A stretch of 64,000 bases of DNA from the NCBI GenBank assembly GCA_964016885.1, contig CAXHJY010000846.1, forward strand, positions 5,021-69,020. Direction: 5' to 3'. The DNA is from Eledone cirrhosa (Eukaryota). The notes under the pieces were generated by a model, which saw nothing but the letters and a program-made list of their open reading frames with translations, was not told the DNA's origin and ran no database searches. The translations under genes and the position numbers were made by a program. Below are positions 1-11,150 of this stretch, one piece after another (within the stretch, counting starts at the first letter, position 1; every line of letters starts with the position of its first letter).

Positions 1-995
1 TACGAAGAAACATCAGAGAGGAAAACACATGATCGACGATCTGACGCCTTCAGAACGCCTGGGTTCATCGCTGAAGTTCGGGATATCATCAACAATGAAC
101 CTAGCGAGTCGATGCGTGCCATTGCAAGGGAGAAAGGCGTGGATGAAAAGCTCATTAGGCTGGTGGTACATGAAGACATTCGCTACGTTTCATACAAGAT
201 GAGGAAAGGACAATTTCTGTCAAAGGCGATGCAAGAAAAGCGACTGAAGCACACAAAGAAGCTGATCAACAAGTTGAAACACCCACTGGAGCCAGACATG
301 CTGTGGTTTTTCTCCGACGAGAAAAACTTCTGCCAAGACCAGAAGATTAACTCCTAGAACAACAGGTGGCTCGCTGTCTCATCCATAGACGTGCCCAGAG
401 TCATGCAGACAAAGTTTCCAGCGACAACATTGGTATTAGGTGTCGTCATGCCACCTCACTTCTTCCCTGCGGGCCTCAAGCTGAACACCGATGGCTACAT
501 CCGCGTTTTGAGCGTGGTAGTAAAGCCCTGGATCGACCAGGTAGCTGCAGGTAGGCCGTACGTGTGGCAGCAAGACTCAGCGCCCTGCCATACCAGCTGA
601 AAGACCCAAGCCTGGCTGTCAGAGAACTTCATCAACCAAACCACACTTCACCTGACATCTGGCCTCCCAGCTCGCCTGACTGCAACCCTCTCGACTTCTT
701 TGTGTGGTGCACAGTGGAACGAGGCACCAACAGATCTAGCTGCAATACGAAAGACGATCTGAAAGCCAGGATCACAAGTGCCTTTAGGGGCCTAAGTCGG
801 GAGACAGTGACAAAGGCCTGTAGCCAGTTCCAAGGCCGCCTTGAGGTCGTCCTCAAAGCCAATGGGGGGGGGGGGGTATCAAGTGAGATCGAAAGAACAA
901 GTCATGAAGAGAAACTGACCCAAGTTTGATAAATAAATCTTAAAAAATAAAACTACTGTGTTATTTTTTCCTAGACAGTAATCTTGCGACCTGAA
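1..995 (+). mobile_element. IS630-Tc1-mariner transposase remnant, DD37D (maT-like); begins before the window
   Basis: Motifs WFFSDEKNF, WQQDSAPCH and WPPSSPDCNPLDF across stops and frameshifts. Second D (574) to third D (693) is 119 nt; removing the 5-bp tandem duplication (aacca aacca) gives 37 intervening codons. Confidence 0.85.
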
Positions 996-1127
996 TATAT
1001 GTATGTGTATAAATGTATGTTTATATATATATGTATATATATATATGTATATATACGTATGTATATATATATATGTATGTATATATATATGTATATATAT
1101 ATATATATATGTATGTATATATATACG

Positions 1128-1199
<72 letters not shown>

Positions 1200-1233
1200 T
1201 ACAAATAAAAGGCAGAGTTAATAACTCATACTG

Positions 1234-1317
<84 letters not shown>

Positions 1318-1476
1318 GTATATATATATGTATATATATATTAATATATATATATATTTGTATGTGTATATATATATATATTAATATATATATATGTATA
1401 TATATATGTATATATATATATTAATATATATATATATATAAATATATATATTTGTGTGTGTATATATATATATATA
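996..1476. repeat. (TA)n/(TATG)n microsatellite
   Basis: Direct inspection. Confidence 0.95.
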
Positions 1477-1510
1477 TCATCATCATCGTTTAACGTCCAC
1501 TTTCCATGCT

Positions 1511-1620
1511 AGCAACTATCAGTTCAGCGATTGTTGCTGGTTTTGTAGCATACACTTTATCTTTTAAGTATCCCCCATAAGAAGAAGTCTGAAGGGGTGA
1601 GATCTGATGAATGAGGACGA

Positions 1621-1621
<1 letters not shown>
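1511..1621 (-). mobile_element. Short Tc1/mariner transposase fragment
   Basis: Minus strand reads RPHSSDLTPSDFFLWGILK then, after a frameshift, KVYATKPATIAEL; matches the SPDLxPxDFFLWG motif around the third catalytic residue. Confidence 0.7.
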
Positions 1622-1657
<36 letters not shown>

Positions 1658-1783
1658 GGAGGTGAGTTTTATTGTAGTACAATAAAGGAATGCAGATATC
1701 GGATAAGAAGCACTCTACAGTTTGTAGGACTGGAGTATAAATAATAATATATAAGATCAAAAGATGGTTAAAAGAGTTCCATG

Positions 1784-1854
1784 TATTTTATCATGCGCAT
1801 TTCAAAAACAAATATCATCATGCAATAACATTTGCGTTTTCGTCAGATAAAATA
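1784..1854 (-). ncRNA. Minimal type I hammerhead ribozyme motif (G at cleavage position 17)
   Basis: Minus strand: TATTTTAT CTGACGA [long stem II hairpin] GAAA TGCGCA TG ATAAAATA; perfect 8-bp stem I and palindromic stem III. Confidence 0.8.
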
Positions 1855-2851
1855 GGGAGACATGATATGAAGGTTAAAACACACTTGTGAATAGTGCAGT
1901 TTTAAATCAACATATGAAAAGTAGGTTTAGATTGATGTGTGATATTGGGGAAAAAATTGAGGAGGGGGAGGTTGGAAAGGATGAAAAAGAGGAGGAGATG
2001 AGAGTAAAAAGTGGAGGGGGAGGAGTATAATGAGGAAGGATGAGATAGGAGGAGAGATGGCTGATAGAGAGAGATAGCTTTTATAACTGAGAAAAATATA
2101 TTGTTTTACCTAGAGAGGTTGAAAAACCGTTGGAAGATAATATATAAATTAAAAGAATTTGAAAATTAACGAAGAGAAAAATTTCAGAATAATGTTAAAT
2201 TAAGGTTTGTATATTTAAGGGTTTAATAATATGTGCGATGAAAAGAAATTGTTAATATGTATTAAGAATAATATTTAAGGGTTTAATAATATGTGCGATG
2301 GAAAGAAATTGTTGATATGTGTTATAAAAAAAAAAAATATAGCAATAGTAATGTAATTAAGGATATATTGTGAAAGAAGTAGAAGAGTGGATGAATAAGT
2401 GTAATATGTATAAGTTAGATGAGTATGAAAGGGAGAAAAAATAATGAATTGAGGATGAATAATCTAACGTCAAAAAAATGTTTATGTTTACGAAGGATTT
2501 TTTCAAGGTGATATAAAGTAAGAATATATTGTACTGAGTAATAATTGTTTCTACGTTAGGCACAATGATAATTGAGAAGTATCTAGGAAGAAAAGGTACA
2601 GATTAGGGGTTAGAAATTAAAAGAAAAAGAAAAAAGGAAAGAAAAAAGAAAAAAGAAAAAAGAAAAAAGAAAAAAGAAAAAAGAAAGAAAGGGAAGTGAT
2701 AATAGGAGTGATATAGAATGAGTAACTAGTATTATATAATGTATAATAAATAACATTGAAATAAGGTAGAAAGATGGGTATATTTTTAAAGAAATATATA
2801 TGTATATATATATATGTGCCTTTGAGAAAAGGATTTTAAATTGATAAAGTA

Positions 2852-4627
2852 TTAGATATTAGCTGTATACTTTATGGAATGTTCTGTGGAATTTATGCAA
2901 GCAGAGAGAAAAAACAAGTCAGTGCGTCTATTTATTATAGAATCTAAATTAGATATAATGGTAAATTTTTCACATAAACAGAGATTGCATGTCTTGGATA
3001 GAGAACTATTCAAGTATGGAGAAGCAGAACAAACCTTCTTCCAAGAGATGTTATAGTTAATATTTTTGTCTTTCAAGGACCATATGAGTTCTGAGAGTGC
3101 CGTGTTGGTTCTTTTAAGTTGGTATTTAAAAGACGAATGATGATTATAAAGACGAGCTTTAAAGGAGGTGGAAGTGGAGCCAAAATAGGTAAAGGAATTG
3201 GTGTCAGTTATAACTTTACATTCGTAGATTAAGTTTTTTTCAAGACAATGGTTGTTGAGAGGACATTTATTTTTAACAGGGCAATTGCAATTGCGATTAG
3301 AGAGATTAACAGAGTTATTAACAAGTGACCTAGTGTTATCTATAGAAGGGATTGGATTGGAGAAGTTATTTACGATAGGAATAATAGTTTCTTGATTTAG
3401 AATGGGATTAAGAACATTTAGCGAAGTTGCGTTTGACGTTGTATTTGGGTTTGCAGAAATTAGCCTAGAGTTAACAATGACGTCGGGAGTACTATAACTA
3501 TTATTATGATATTCAGTGTTGGAAGGAAAAGATTTAGTATTTAGTATTTTATTGTTGTGTTTAGAGATAATGTTGGAGATGTTGGAGGAGGTCGAATAGG
3601 AAAATGTTATAGTGTGTTTGTTAAATATTTTACTATAGATATGTGAGAGAGGGAAGCATTTATTTAAGGCACTAAAGAATAATTTAGGAATATTATTATT
3701 AATAGAGATGGAGAAAGGAGGATTATACCAGATTATATTTTTGTATCTAGGTCTTTTATTAAAGTTATTGGAATGATCATGATTAATTATTCTACTGTAA
3801 GATCTTCTAGAATTTGTTTCTTTACTATATTTGATTTTATCAGGATAACCGGCTTTAGAAAGCGCGTTATTATAGTAATTGGCGTTAGCATCAAAGATGT
3901 TTTTATTAGAAGATAGGTTAGATATTCTTTTTCCAATATTACTAACTATAGCATTCTTAATATTAGTGGGGTGGTTAGATTTAAAATTAATATAATTTAG
4001 GTTCTCATTGTTTTTATGGTAAGGGTAATATAGGCCAGTGTCAAGATTAAGAGATACATCCAAGAAATTAGCTAGTTTGATGCTGTTATCAAATTCAATT
4101 TTTAAGTTATGTTGGTTAAAGAGATTACGTATATTGTTCTTAATAATATTAAGGTTAACTATGTTGCAATTTAAGATAGTAAAGAGTCCATCGTCACGAT
4201 AAATTCCACCGCGAAGTTGAGGAATTTTCCGATTCAAAGAGTTCAAAATAAAGATACCAATTAAATCTGTCAATTGGGATGAATCGGATGCTCCCATTGT
4301 GATGTCAAAGTTGTTAGAGGTATCAGCTCTGGTCCAATATTCATTGTTGAACTCTGGGATGGTTTTACGTGCGGTGAGAATGATGTGAAGTTCATCTGTG
4401 GTGATGTCTGAATATTTGTAAGCGAAAGATAGAGCATTGTTAAGAAGTGAGGGCGAAATAGAAGAATAGTAGCTGGCAATATCAAATTGAATAAATTTTT
4501 GTTTATTTTTCTTATTCAATTTGTTGAACCAGCCAATCACTTCAGAAGTACCAAACCATAAATTTAAGTTCAAAGAAGAGCAATTAGAACGAACCTGTGG
4601 GATAATTCTATCCAAGATGGTATCCAA
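2852..4627 (-). CDS. PLE polyprotein: reverse transcriptase plus GIY-YIG endonuclease (N-terminally truncated)
   Basis: FIQFDIASYY, FDITMGASDS, GIYRDDG and NFLDV RT motifs; CNCPVKNKCPLNNHC, then LIYEC...YFGSTSTSFKARLYNH (GIY-YIG); C-terminal CNLC. Confidence 0.9.
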   Translation of the reverse strand: MDTILDRIIPQVRSNCSSLNLNLWFGTSEVIGWFNKLNKKNKQKFIQFDIASYYSSISPSLLNNALSFAYKYSDITTDELHIILTARKTIPEFNNEYWTRADTSNNFDITMGASDSSQLTDLIGIFILNSLNRKIPQLRGGIYRDDGLFTILNCNIVNLNIIKNNIRNLFNQHNLKIEFDNSIKLANFLDVSLNLDTGLYYPYHKNNENLNYINFKSNHPTNIKNAIVSNIGKRISNLSSNKNIFDANANYYNNALSKAGYPDKIKYSKETNSRRSYSRIINHDHSNNFNKRPRYKNIIWYNPPFSISINNNIPKLFFSALNKCFPLSHIYSKIFNKHTITFSYSTSSNISNIISKHNNKILNTKSFPSNTEYHNNSYSTPDVIVNSRLISANPNTTSNATSLNVLNPILNQETIIPIVNNFSNPIPSIDNTRSLVNNSVNLSNRNCNCPVKNKCPLNNHCLEKNLIYECKVITDTNSFTYFGSTSTSFKARLYNHHSSFKYQLKRTNTALSELIWSLKDKNINYNISWKKVCSASPYLNSSLSKTCNLCLCEKFTIISNLDSIINRRTDLFFLSACINSTEHSIKYTANI

Positions 4628-4929
4628 TATGAGAGTTAGCGATCAACCGTCATTATACTCCTCCTCCTCCACTTTTTACTCTCATCTCCTCCTCGTTTTC
4701 ATCCTTTCCACCACCCCTCCCAATATATAAACAACCATCTGGTTGTGGAACCAACCAACCAACCGGAAATTTATAAATTCCTAAATTTATAAATTTATTA
4801 TAATAAATTGAAGTGAAAGCAACTGGTGCGTGTGTTTCTTATTGGCAACATAACCCTCCCAAAGTATAACAATATCGGTTTCAACACACGTTTTCAGATA
4901 AAGAATCTTGCTAAACAAATTCAGAAACG

Positions 4930-4963
<34 letters not shown>

Positions 4964-4987
4964 ATATATATGTGTGTATATATATAA

Positions 4988-6600
4988 ATGAGCTCCATAG
5001 ACCTCATCATGTACTCTCGTTATGTAGACGATATCAATATAGTTATAAGAACATCCCCACTAGAGAGCACTAACAAGTTTGATTTAGAACGTAGCACGAT
5101 GGAAAGCATCCAGCAGATAGCTAATTCCATACACCAGAGTATAACTGTAACTATCGACTTCCCTTCCAAACTTCCAAACACCCTAACAATAGACTACCTG
5201 TATTAGACACAGAACTCTGGATTAACACTATAGACGAGAGAGCCCAAATTCTCCACTCACACTATGCTAAACCCATGGCCTCCAAATACCTGATACTCAA
5301 AAACTCAGCAATGTCCAGTAGTGCTAAGGTTAATATTCTGATCGCAGATTTGGTACGAGTGATGAAGAATGTGTCCCGCATGTGCGACCCAACAGAAATG
5401 GAAAGACACATCCAACACTTCATCAACCGCATGCAGTTCTCTGGCTACAACCAAAGAGACAGAGTCAGAGTATACGAAGGAGCCATGGAGAAGTATAAGA
5501 CCCTCATAGAACTGGACATGAAAGGAATTTGCCCATTATACAGGAGCAAATCATGGAATAGCTTAGATAGGGCTAGACATAAGATAGGGAAAGCCACCTC
5601 ATGGTACGACAACCAGAGATACCAGAGTGTCATGTTTGTGGACGCTACCCCTGGAGGGAAATTAGCTAACCAGTGTAGAAAGGCCCTGAGAAAGACCCAC
5701 TTAAAAATTAAGGTGGTAGAGAAGCCAGGAACCACCATAAAATCCCTGATCGGCAAAACCTACCCTTTTAAGAAAACCCACTATACCAATAAAAAATGTA
5801 TCATATGTAAGGTAAACCCCCGGATAAACTGTAAAACTAGAAACGTAGTCTATAGCATAAGATGTACAGAGGGTACTTGCAGAAACATGACAACAACATA
5901 CATAGGTGAGACAGCTCGTAGCATAGGTGAAAGGATAGACCAACACTGGGGGGAACTAAAAGGACGAAAAAACGGGTCAGTACTATACGAACATGCTAGA
6001 CAACAACATGACGGTAACATAGACAACATAGAAATTAGAATAATATCTAAACATAGAAATGACCCAGCAGATAGGCAAATCAGAGAGGCCAGTGAAATAG
6101 AAATTAGAAGACCAAGACTAAACAGAAAGAATGAATGGAATAACAACAACACCCAAACAAACAACACTGACCTAAGAGAAGTATAAATAAGTAAATAAAA
6201 TAAAATAAATAAATAAATAAATAAATACATACACAAGCACAATAACAACAAGCACATAAACACACACTAGTCACCCATCACACAGCAAACAAAACACTAT
6301 ACACACACGCAAACGCATGCGCAAAGAAGACAAAATAAAATAAACAAACAAGCAAATAAATAAATAAATATATAGACAGACTGAATAAAAATGGCGTAGA
6401 CATACAATACAACAGGAGGAAAAGATAGCACTACTGACGATGTTGCAGATGTGCAACGAAAGATTTATGATAAACTATATATATGTGTTTGCGTCTATAT
6501 TGTATCTGTATTATTTTTGACCGCCGGTCAGTCAATGGCAACATTGAGGACCGAGTAAGTTAGATTACCGATATAAAAGATACAGAAGCGAGAAGCGAAA
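4988..6600 (+). mobile_element. Penelope-like element 2 (different clade, CCHH-type GIY-YIG), 5'-truncated and frameshifted
   Basis: YSRYVDDINIV (RT); ORF 5275-6186 with CIIC..C, VVYSIRC..C..YIGETARSIGERIDQH and LYEH; hammerhead-like core at 6434-6461. Confidence 0.85.
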
Positions 6601-6676
6601 ACCAACCAAACAGTCAGTGTGTTCTGTTATTAATTCTGGCAATATTACACAAATATGACCCTCCCCAAGTATAACA

Positions 6677-6789
<113 letters not shown>

Positions 6790-6916
6790 AAATCGTGTGT
6801 CAAAACAAATATTGTTATACTTGGGGACGGTCATATTGTTATAATATTGCCAGAAATAATAACAGGACACACTCACTGTGAGCGTGTTCTGTTATTATTT
6901 CTATGACCCTCCCCAA

Positions 6917-6952
<36 letters not shown>

Positions 6953-7087
6953 GTATGAGCAAGACAAGGTCAGCCGGCCGGACACTGCCCACAACAGGAC
7001 AACCTGTCTAACCCATGCTAGCTAGGAAGAACGGACGTAAAATGATGTTGATGATGATGATGATGATATATATATGTATATATATAT

Positions 7088-7652
7088 ATGTAAAGTGCAG
7101 GGCAATAAAAATAGACGGTAGCCACGGAGTAGGCAGACCCAGAAAAACCTGGGACGACTTGATAAATTCCGACCTCACACACTTACACCTCTCCAAGACA
7201 ATGTCACTGGACCGAGACCTTTGGCGCTACACAGTAATAGAGAAGACCCGCCTTACCTAAGTACAAAGTGAAACCTACTACAGTCAGTAGGCACCTCTAA
7301 CAAAATACACACCCGTCCCACTACCCCCACCCCATCCACACCACCCCTTTCAATGTAAAGTTATGTTGGTACCACAACATCCAGCCCGAAACAAATGAGG
7401 TCGTGTAGGTGTCACGACAAAAAAACACACAGTCCACGCTGTAATGTGGCCGTGTAGGTAACACGGTAAAAACCTCCCAGCCCCACACTGTAAATGTGGT
7501 TGGTGTTAGGAAGGGCATCCAGCCGTAGAAAACCCCCCAGACAGTCCTATGCGAGCAAGACAACCACTCTTGCCTCAAGTGGGAAAACTCCCGTCCAAAC
7601 CCATGCAAGCGTGGAATATGGACGTTAAACGATGATGATGATGATGATGATA
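7088..7652 (+). mobile_element. RTE LINE 3' end with long 3' UTR and (GAT)n tail
   Basis: KCRAIKIDGSHGVGRPRKTWDD...DRDLWR; homologous to the minus-strand copy at 51490-52000. Confidence 0.8.
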
Positions 7653-7726
7653 TGTATATATGTATATATATAAAATGACAATGAGAATTGCAGCTTTTTG
7701 TAAAATTTATGATATATATACATATG

Positions 7727-10100
7727 TACCCCACAGCATAGGTTAGTCGTTAGTGATATCTCAGTAAGCAAGAGATGGAAAGAGACATATAGGAAGGTGT
7801 GGAGAAGAAAGGTCTGGAAGCTAAAAGACCTTTCACTAAAATACAAATTTAGGAAAGCCCTTCAAGATGTATATGACGAAAAAGAAGACGATTTAGAGAC
7901 GTATGACATAGAAACTAACTGGAATTTCTTACGTGACAACTTGCTGCAGGCTACTGATGAAACTTGTGGCTGGAGCAGAGCTCCAACCAGACAGAGAGTG
8001 ACCTGGTGGCGGAACAGCACAGTAGATAAGGCCATTAGAGACAAAAGACTAGCATGGAAGGCTTGGAAAAAGGGTGGGAGTAGGCAAGAATATACAGCCA
8101 CTAAGAGAGAAGCTAGACGTCAGGTGTACTTAGCACGCAGGGAGGCGGAGAGTAGGAGGTTTGCCAATGTTCTGCGACAAGAAGATCAGAGGCGTGCGGT
8201 GTTCCACATTGCAAGGCAGTGTGTCAATGCAAATCAGGATGTTGTTGGAGATAAATGTGTCCGGGATGATGCCGGTGTACTTAGTGTCACGAATGATCAG
8301 AAAAAGGAGGCCTGGAAATGTCATTATGAGAGACTGATGAATGTGGAGAACAAATGGGAGAGAGAGAAATTACCCTTAGTAGATCCGACAGAGGGACCAG
8401 CTATTGAGATTGACGAATATAGGGTCCAAGAGGCGATTAGGGAAATGAAAAATGGTAAGGCTGCTGGACCATTGGGAATAGTTGCTGAGATGCTGAAGGC
8501 ATCAGGGGACATAGGCACTAAACTGGTTGCACGCATCATCAATCAGGCTATATATGGTGGTGTCATACCCAAAGACTGGTGCAGCAGTATTCTCATAAAT
8601 TGCTACAAAGGTAAAGGGGATGCTCTGGAGAGGAGCAATTATAGGGGTATAAAACTGATAGATCAGGTTATGAAAGTGGCAGAAAGGATATTAGCACAAC
8701 TAATTAGAGAAAGGGTCAAACTAGATGAGATGCAGTTTGGTTTTGTGCCTGGGAAGAGTACAACAGATGCCCTCTTCTTGGTGAGACAATTGCAAGAGAG
8801 GCTCTTAGAGAAGAATAAGCCACTATACTTAACCTTTGTTGACCTAGAGAAGGCCTTTGATAGGGTACCCCGATCTGTCATCTGGTGGTCCCTAAGGAAG
8901 CTAGGTGTTGAGGAATGGCTTGTGAGGACAGTGCAAACTTTGTACAGAGGTACTCTCAGTAAAGTAAGGGTAGGAATGGAGTTTAGTGAGGAATTCCAGA
9001 TACAAGTAGGAGTACATCAAGGTTCGATCCTCAGCCCGCTCTTGTTCATTATAGTCCTCCAAGCCATAACAGAGGAGTTTAAGACTGGCTGTCCATGGGA
9101 ACTTCTCTATGCTGACGATCTGGTTCTTATAGCAGAATCAATAGAGGAGCTAGAGAATAAATTCTGGCTATGGAAATAACAGTTGGAAGCAAGAGGACTG
9201 AGAGTGAACCTAGCTAAGACAAAAGTGTTGATGAGTAGAAAAGAGGACAAAACTCTGATTCCGTCAGGGAAATGGCCATGTTCGATATGCAGAAAAGGAA
9301 CTGGCATAAATTCTATAAAATGCACACAATGCAGATCCTGGGTACACAAGAGATGTAGCGGGATAGCAGGCAAACTAACAGGTAGGGAGAAATATGTATG
9401 CAGTAGATGTACAGGGAAATTAGACAGTAGAAGTCGCATTGATAGACACATTTTTCAAATGCAGGAGGGCGCTATAGAAGTGATGGATAGCTTCCGGTAC
9501 CTAGGAGATCAGATTAGCATGGGAGGAGGGTGTTCCGAGGCCATAGTATCTAGAATGAGGACGGGTTGGAAGAAGTTTATGGAGCTGCTTCCTCTGTTGA
9601 CGAAGAAGGGTTTCTCCCTGCGTACGAAAGGCCGGTTGTATGATGCCTGTGTGAGGAGCGCGATACTGCATGGTAGTGAGACATGGGCAGCAACTGCAGA
9701 GGATATGCAACGGCTGGAGAGAAATGAGGCAAGCATGCTCCGTTGGATGTGCAGTGTAAATGTGCGTGAACGACCCAGCATAAATGTGTTGAGAGAGAAA
9801 CTGTCTGAGAGGGATAGAATGTAGTGTACGGGAGAGGAGACTGAGGTGGTATGGACATGTGATGCGCATGGAGGATGACCGATGGGTGAAGAAGTGCCAG
9901 GAAATGCCAGTTGAAGGAAGACGTGGTAGAGGTAGACCACGAAAAACATGGGCGGAGGTGGTGAGAACAGACCTCAGATCATTGAAGCTCATGGTAGAGA
10001 TGACGAAGGACCGTGATGAGTGGAGAGATGCTGTGCTGAATAAGACCCGTCCCACCCTTGCAAGCAAGGAAAAGCGGACGTATAATGATGATGATGATGA
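7727..10100 (+). mobile_element. RTE-clade LINE, 5'-truncated: end of APE, RT, PHD finger, C-terminus, (GAT)n tail
   Basis: SNYRGIKL, QFGFVPG, FVDLEKAFD, GVHQGSILSP, LLYADD; one stop at 9177 and one frameshift near 9800; GRPRKTW; tail gatgatgat. Confidence 0.93.
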
Positions 10101-10139
10101 TATACATACATATATATACATACACACACACGCACACAC

Positions 10140-10194
<55 letters not shown>

Positions 10195-10328
10195 AGTGTG
10201 TATGTGTATATGACTTATGCATGTATTAACAAACAGACACAAACAAGAATAAACAGATATATAAACTACACTATATATATAAAATATATAATATATATAT
10301 TTTCATAGTTCTGCGAGTGTCAACTTAC

Positions 10329-10406
10329 TTTCCTCCTGATGTCTGTATGGAAAAAATGTCCAGGGATCTGTGGGGAAAGAAACCGTGAAGGGCTGTTTAG
10401 GCCTGC
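10329..10406 (-). other. Candidate 78-bp spliceosomal exon (unidentified gene)
   Basis: Acceptor tttttgtttcgtttag|G and donor AAA|gtaagt; length divisible by 3; two frames open; not recognisably TE-derived. Confidence 0.35.
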
Positions 10407-10959
10407 CTAAACGAAACAAAAAGTAAATGAGTACATCTTCAGATTAATGACTATTCAAATTATGATTCTTGGATGGTGAGTGTGTGTGTGTGTGTGTGAA
10501 TATGTGTGAATGTGCATGGAAGTGTGTATGTGTGTGAAAGTTTGTATAGATATGACTCTCTGAATGTGTATATGTGTGTATGTGTGTGTATGTGAGAGTA
10601 AAAGTTTGTGTGTATGTATGTATTCATGTATTTATGTGTTTATATATGTATATATGTATGTATGTGTGTGTATATATATGTATGTATGAATATATATAAT
10701 GTATGTATGTATCTATGTAGATAGATAGATATGTAGATGTGAATGTAAGTATGACTTGTTTCCTCCTCTTAATTTTGAGTTTATTTTTGACTGGCCATGT
10801 TCTAGGTGGCCAGATTGTAAAGAAAAGAAAATTTCTATCATTTCTTGTTCATCATTTGAATAAGAATTATTTTTTACAGGTTATAAAGATTCTAGATATT
10901 GGGGCTATTTTTAGCTTGAGAATTCAGCTACAAATTCTTTCTCCACAAATCTAATTTCA

Positions 10960-11150
10960 GTCATACTTTAGTCCAGGCAGTTGGGATATATCCTGTAGCT
11001 CCAATAATAATGGATATAAAGCTGAAGGTTTATCTTGGATATTGAATCTGGAAACTCCTTATCAATGGTCTGTAGATATCATCCGCTTGTATTTTTGTTA
11101 CTACACTTACACTGAGTGAACAGCTGACTTCTACAACAGAGCATGTTTGT
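10960..11150 (-). mobile_element. R4/NeSL-like non-LTR element, C-terminal restriction-like endonuclease fragment
   Basis: Minus strand: [55 protein letters not shown], resembling the RLE ...IEVSCP..K..Y..IIIGALG pattern. Confidence 0.65.

Larger units (their letters stand above)
1655..4740 (-). mobile_element. Penelope-like element 1 (Naiad-like), 5'-truncated, with 3' non-coding/pLTR region and an inverted pLTR fragment at the 5' junction
   Basis: ORF 2852-4627; hammerhead motif at 1784-1854; 4651-4720 is the reverse complement of 1960-2032. Confidence 0.85.

Noticed and set aside
879-1239. Y/I/M/C/V-rich ORFs here and at 11147-13888, 24415-24725 and 50213-50543
   Set aside because: Stop-free translations of TA/TATG/GA microsatellites, not genes.
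10739-10954. Signal-peptide-like ORF (MTCFLLLILSLFLTGHVLGG)
   Set aside because: A diverged, frame-disrupted second copy lies at about 11195-11340, indicating a dispersed repeat.
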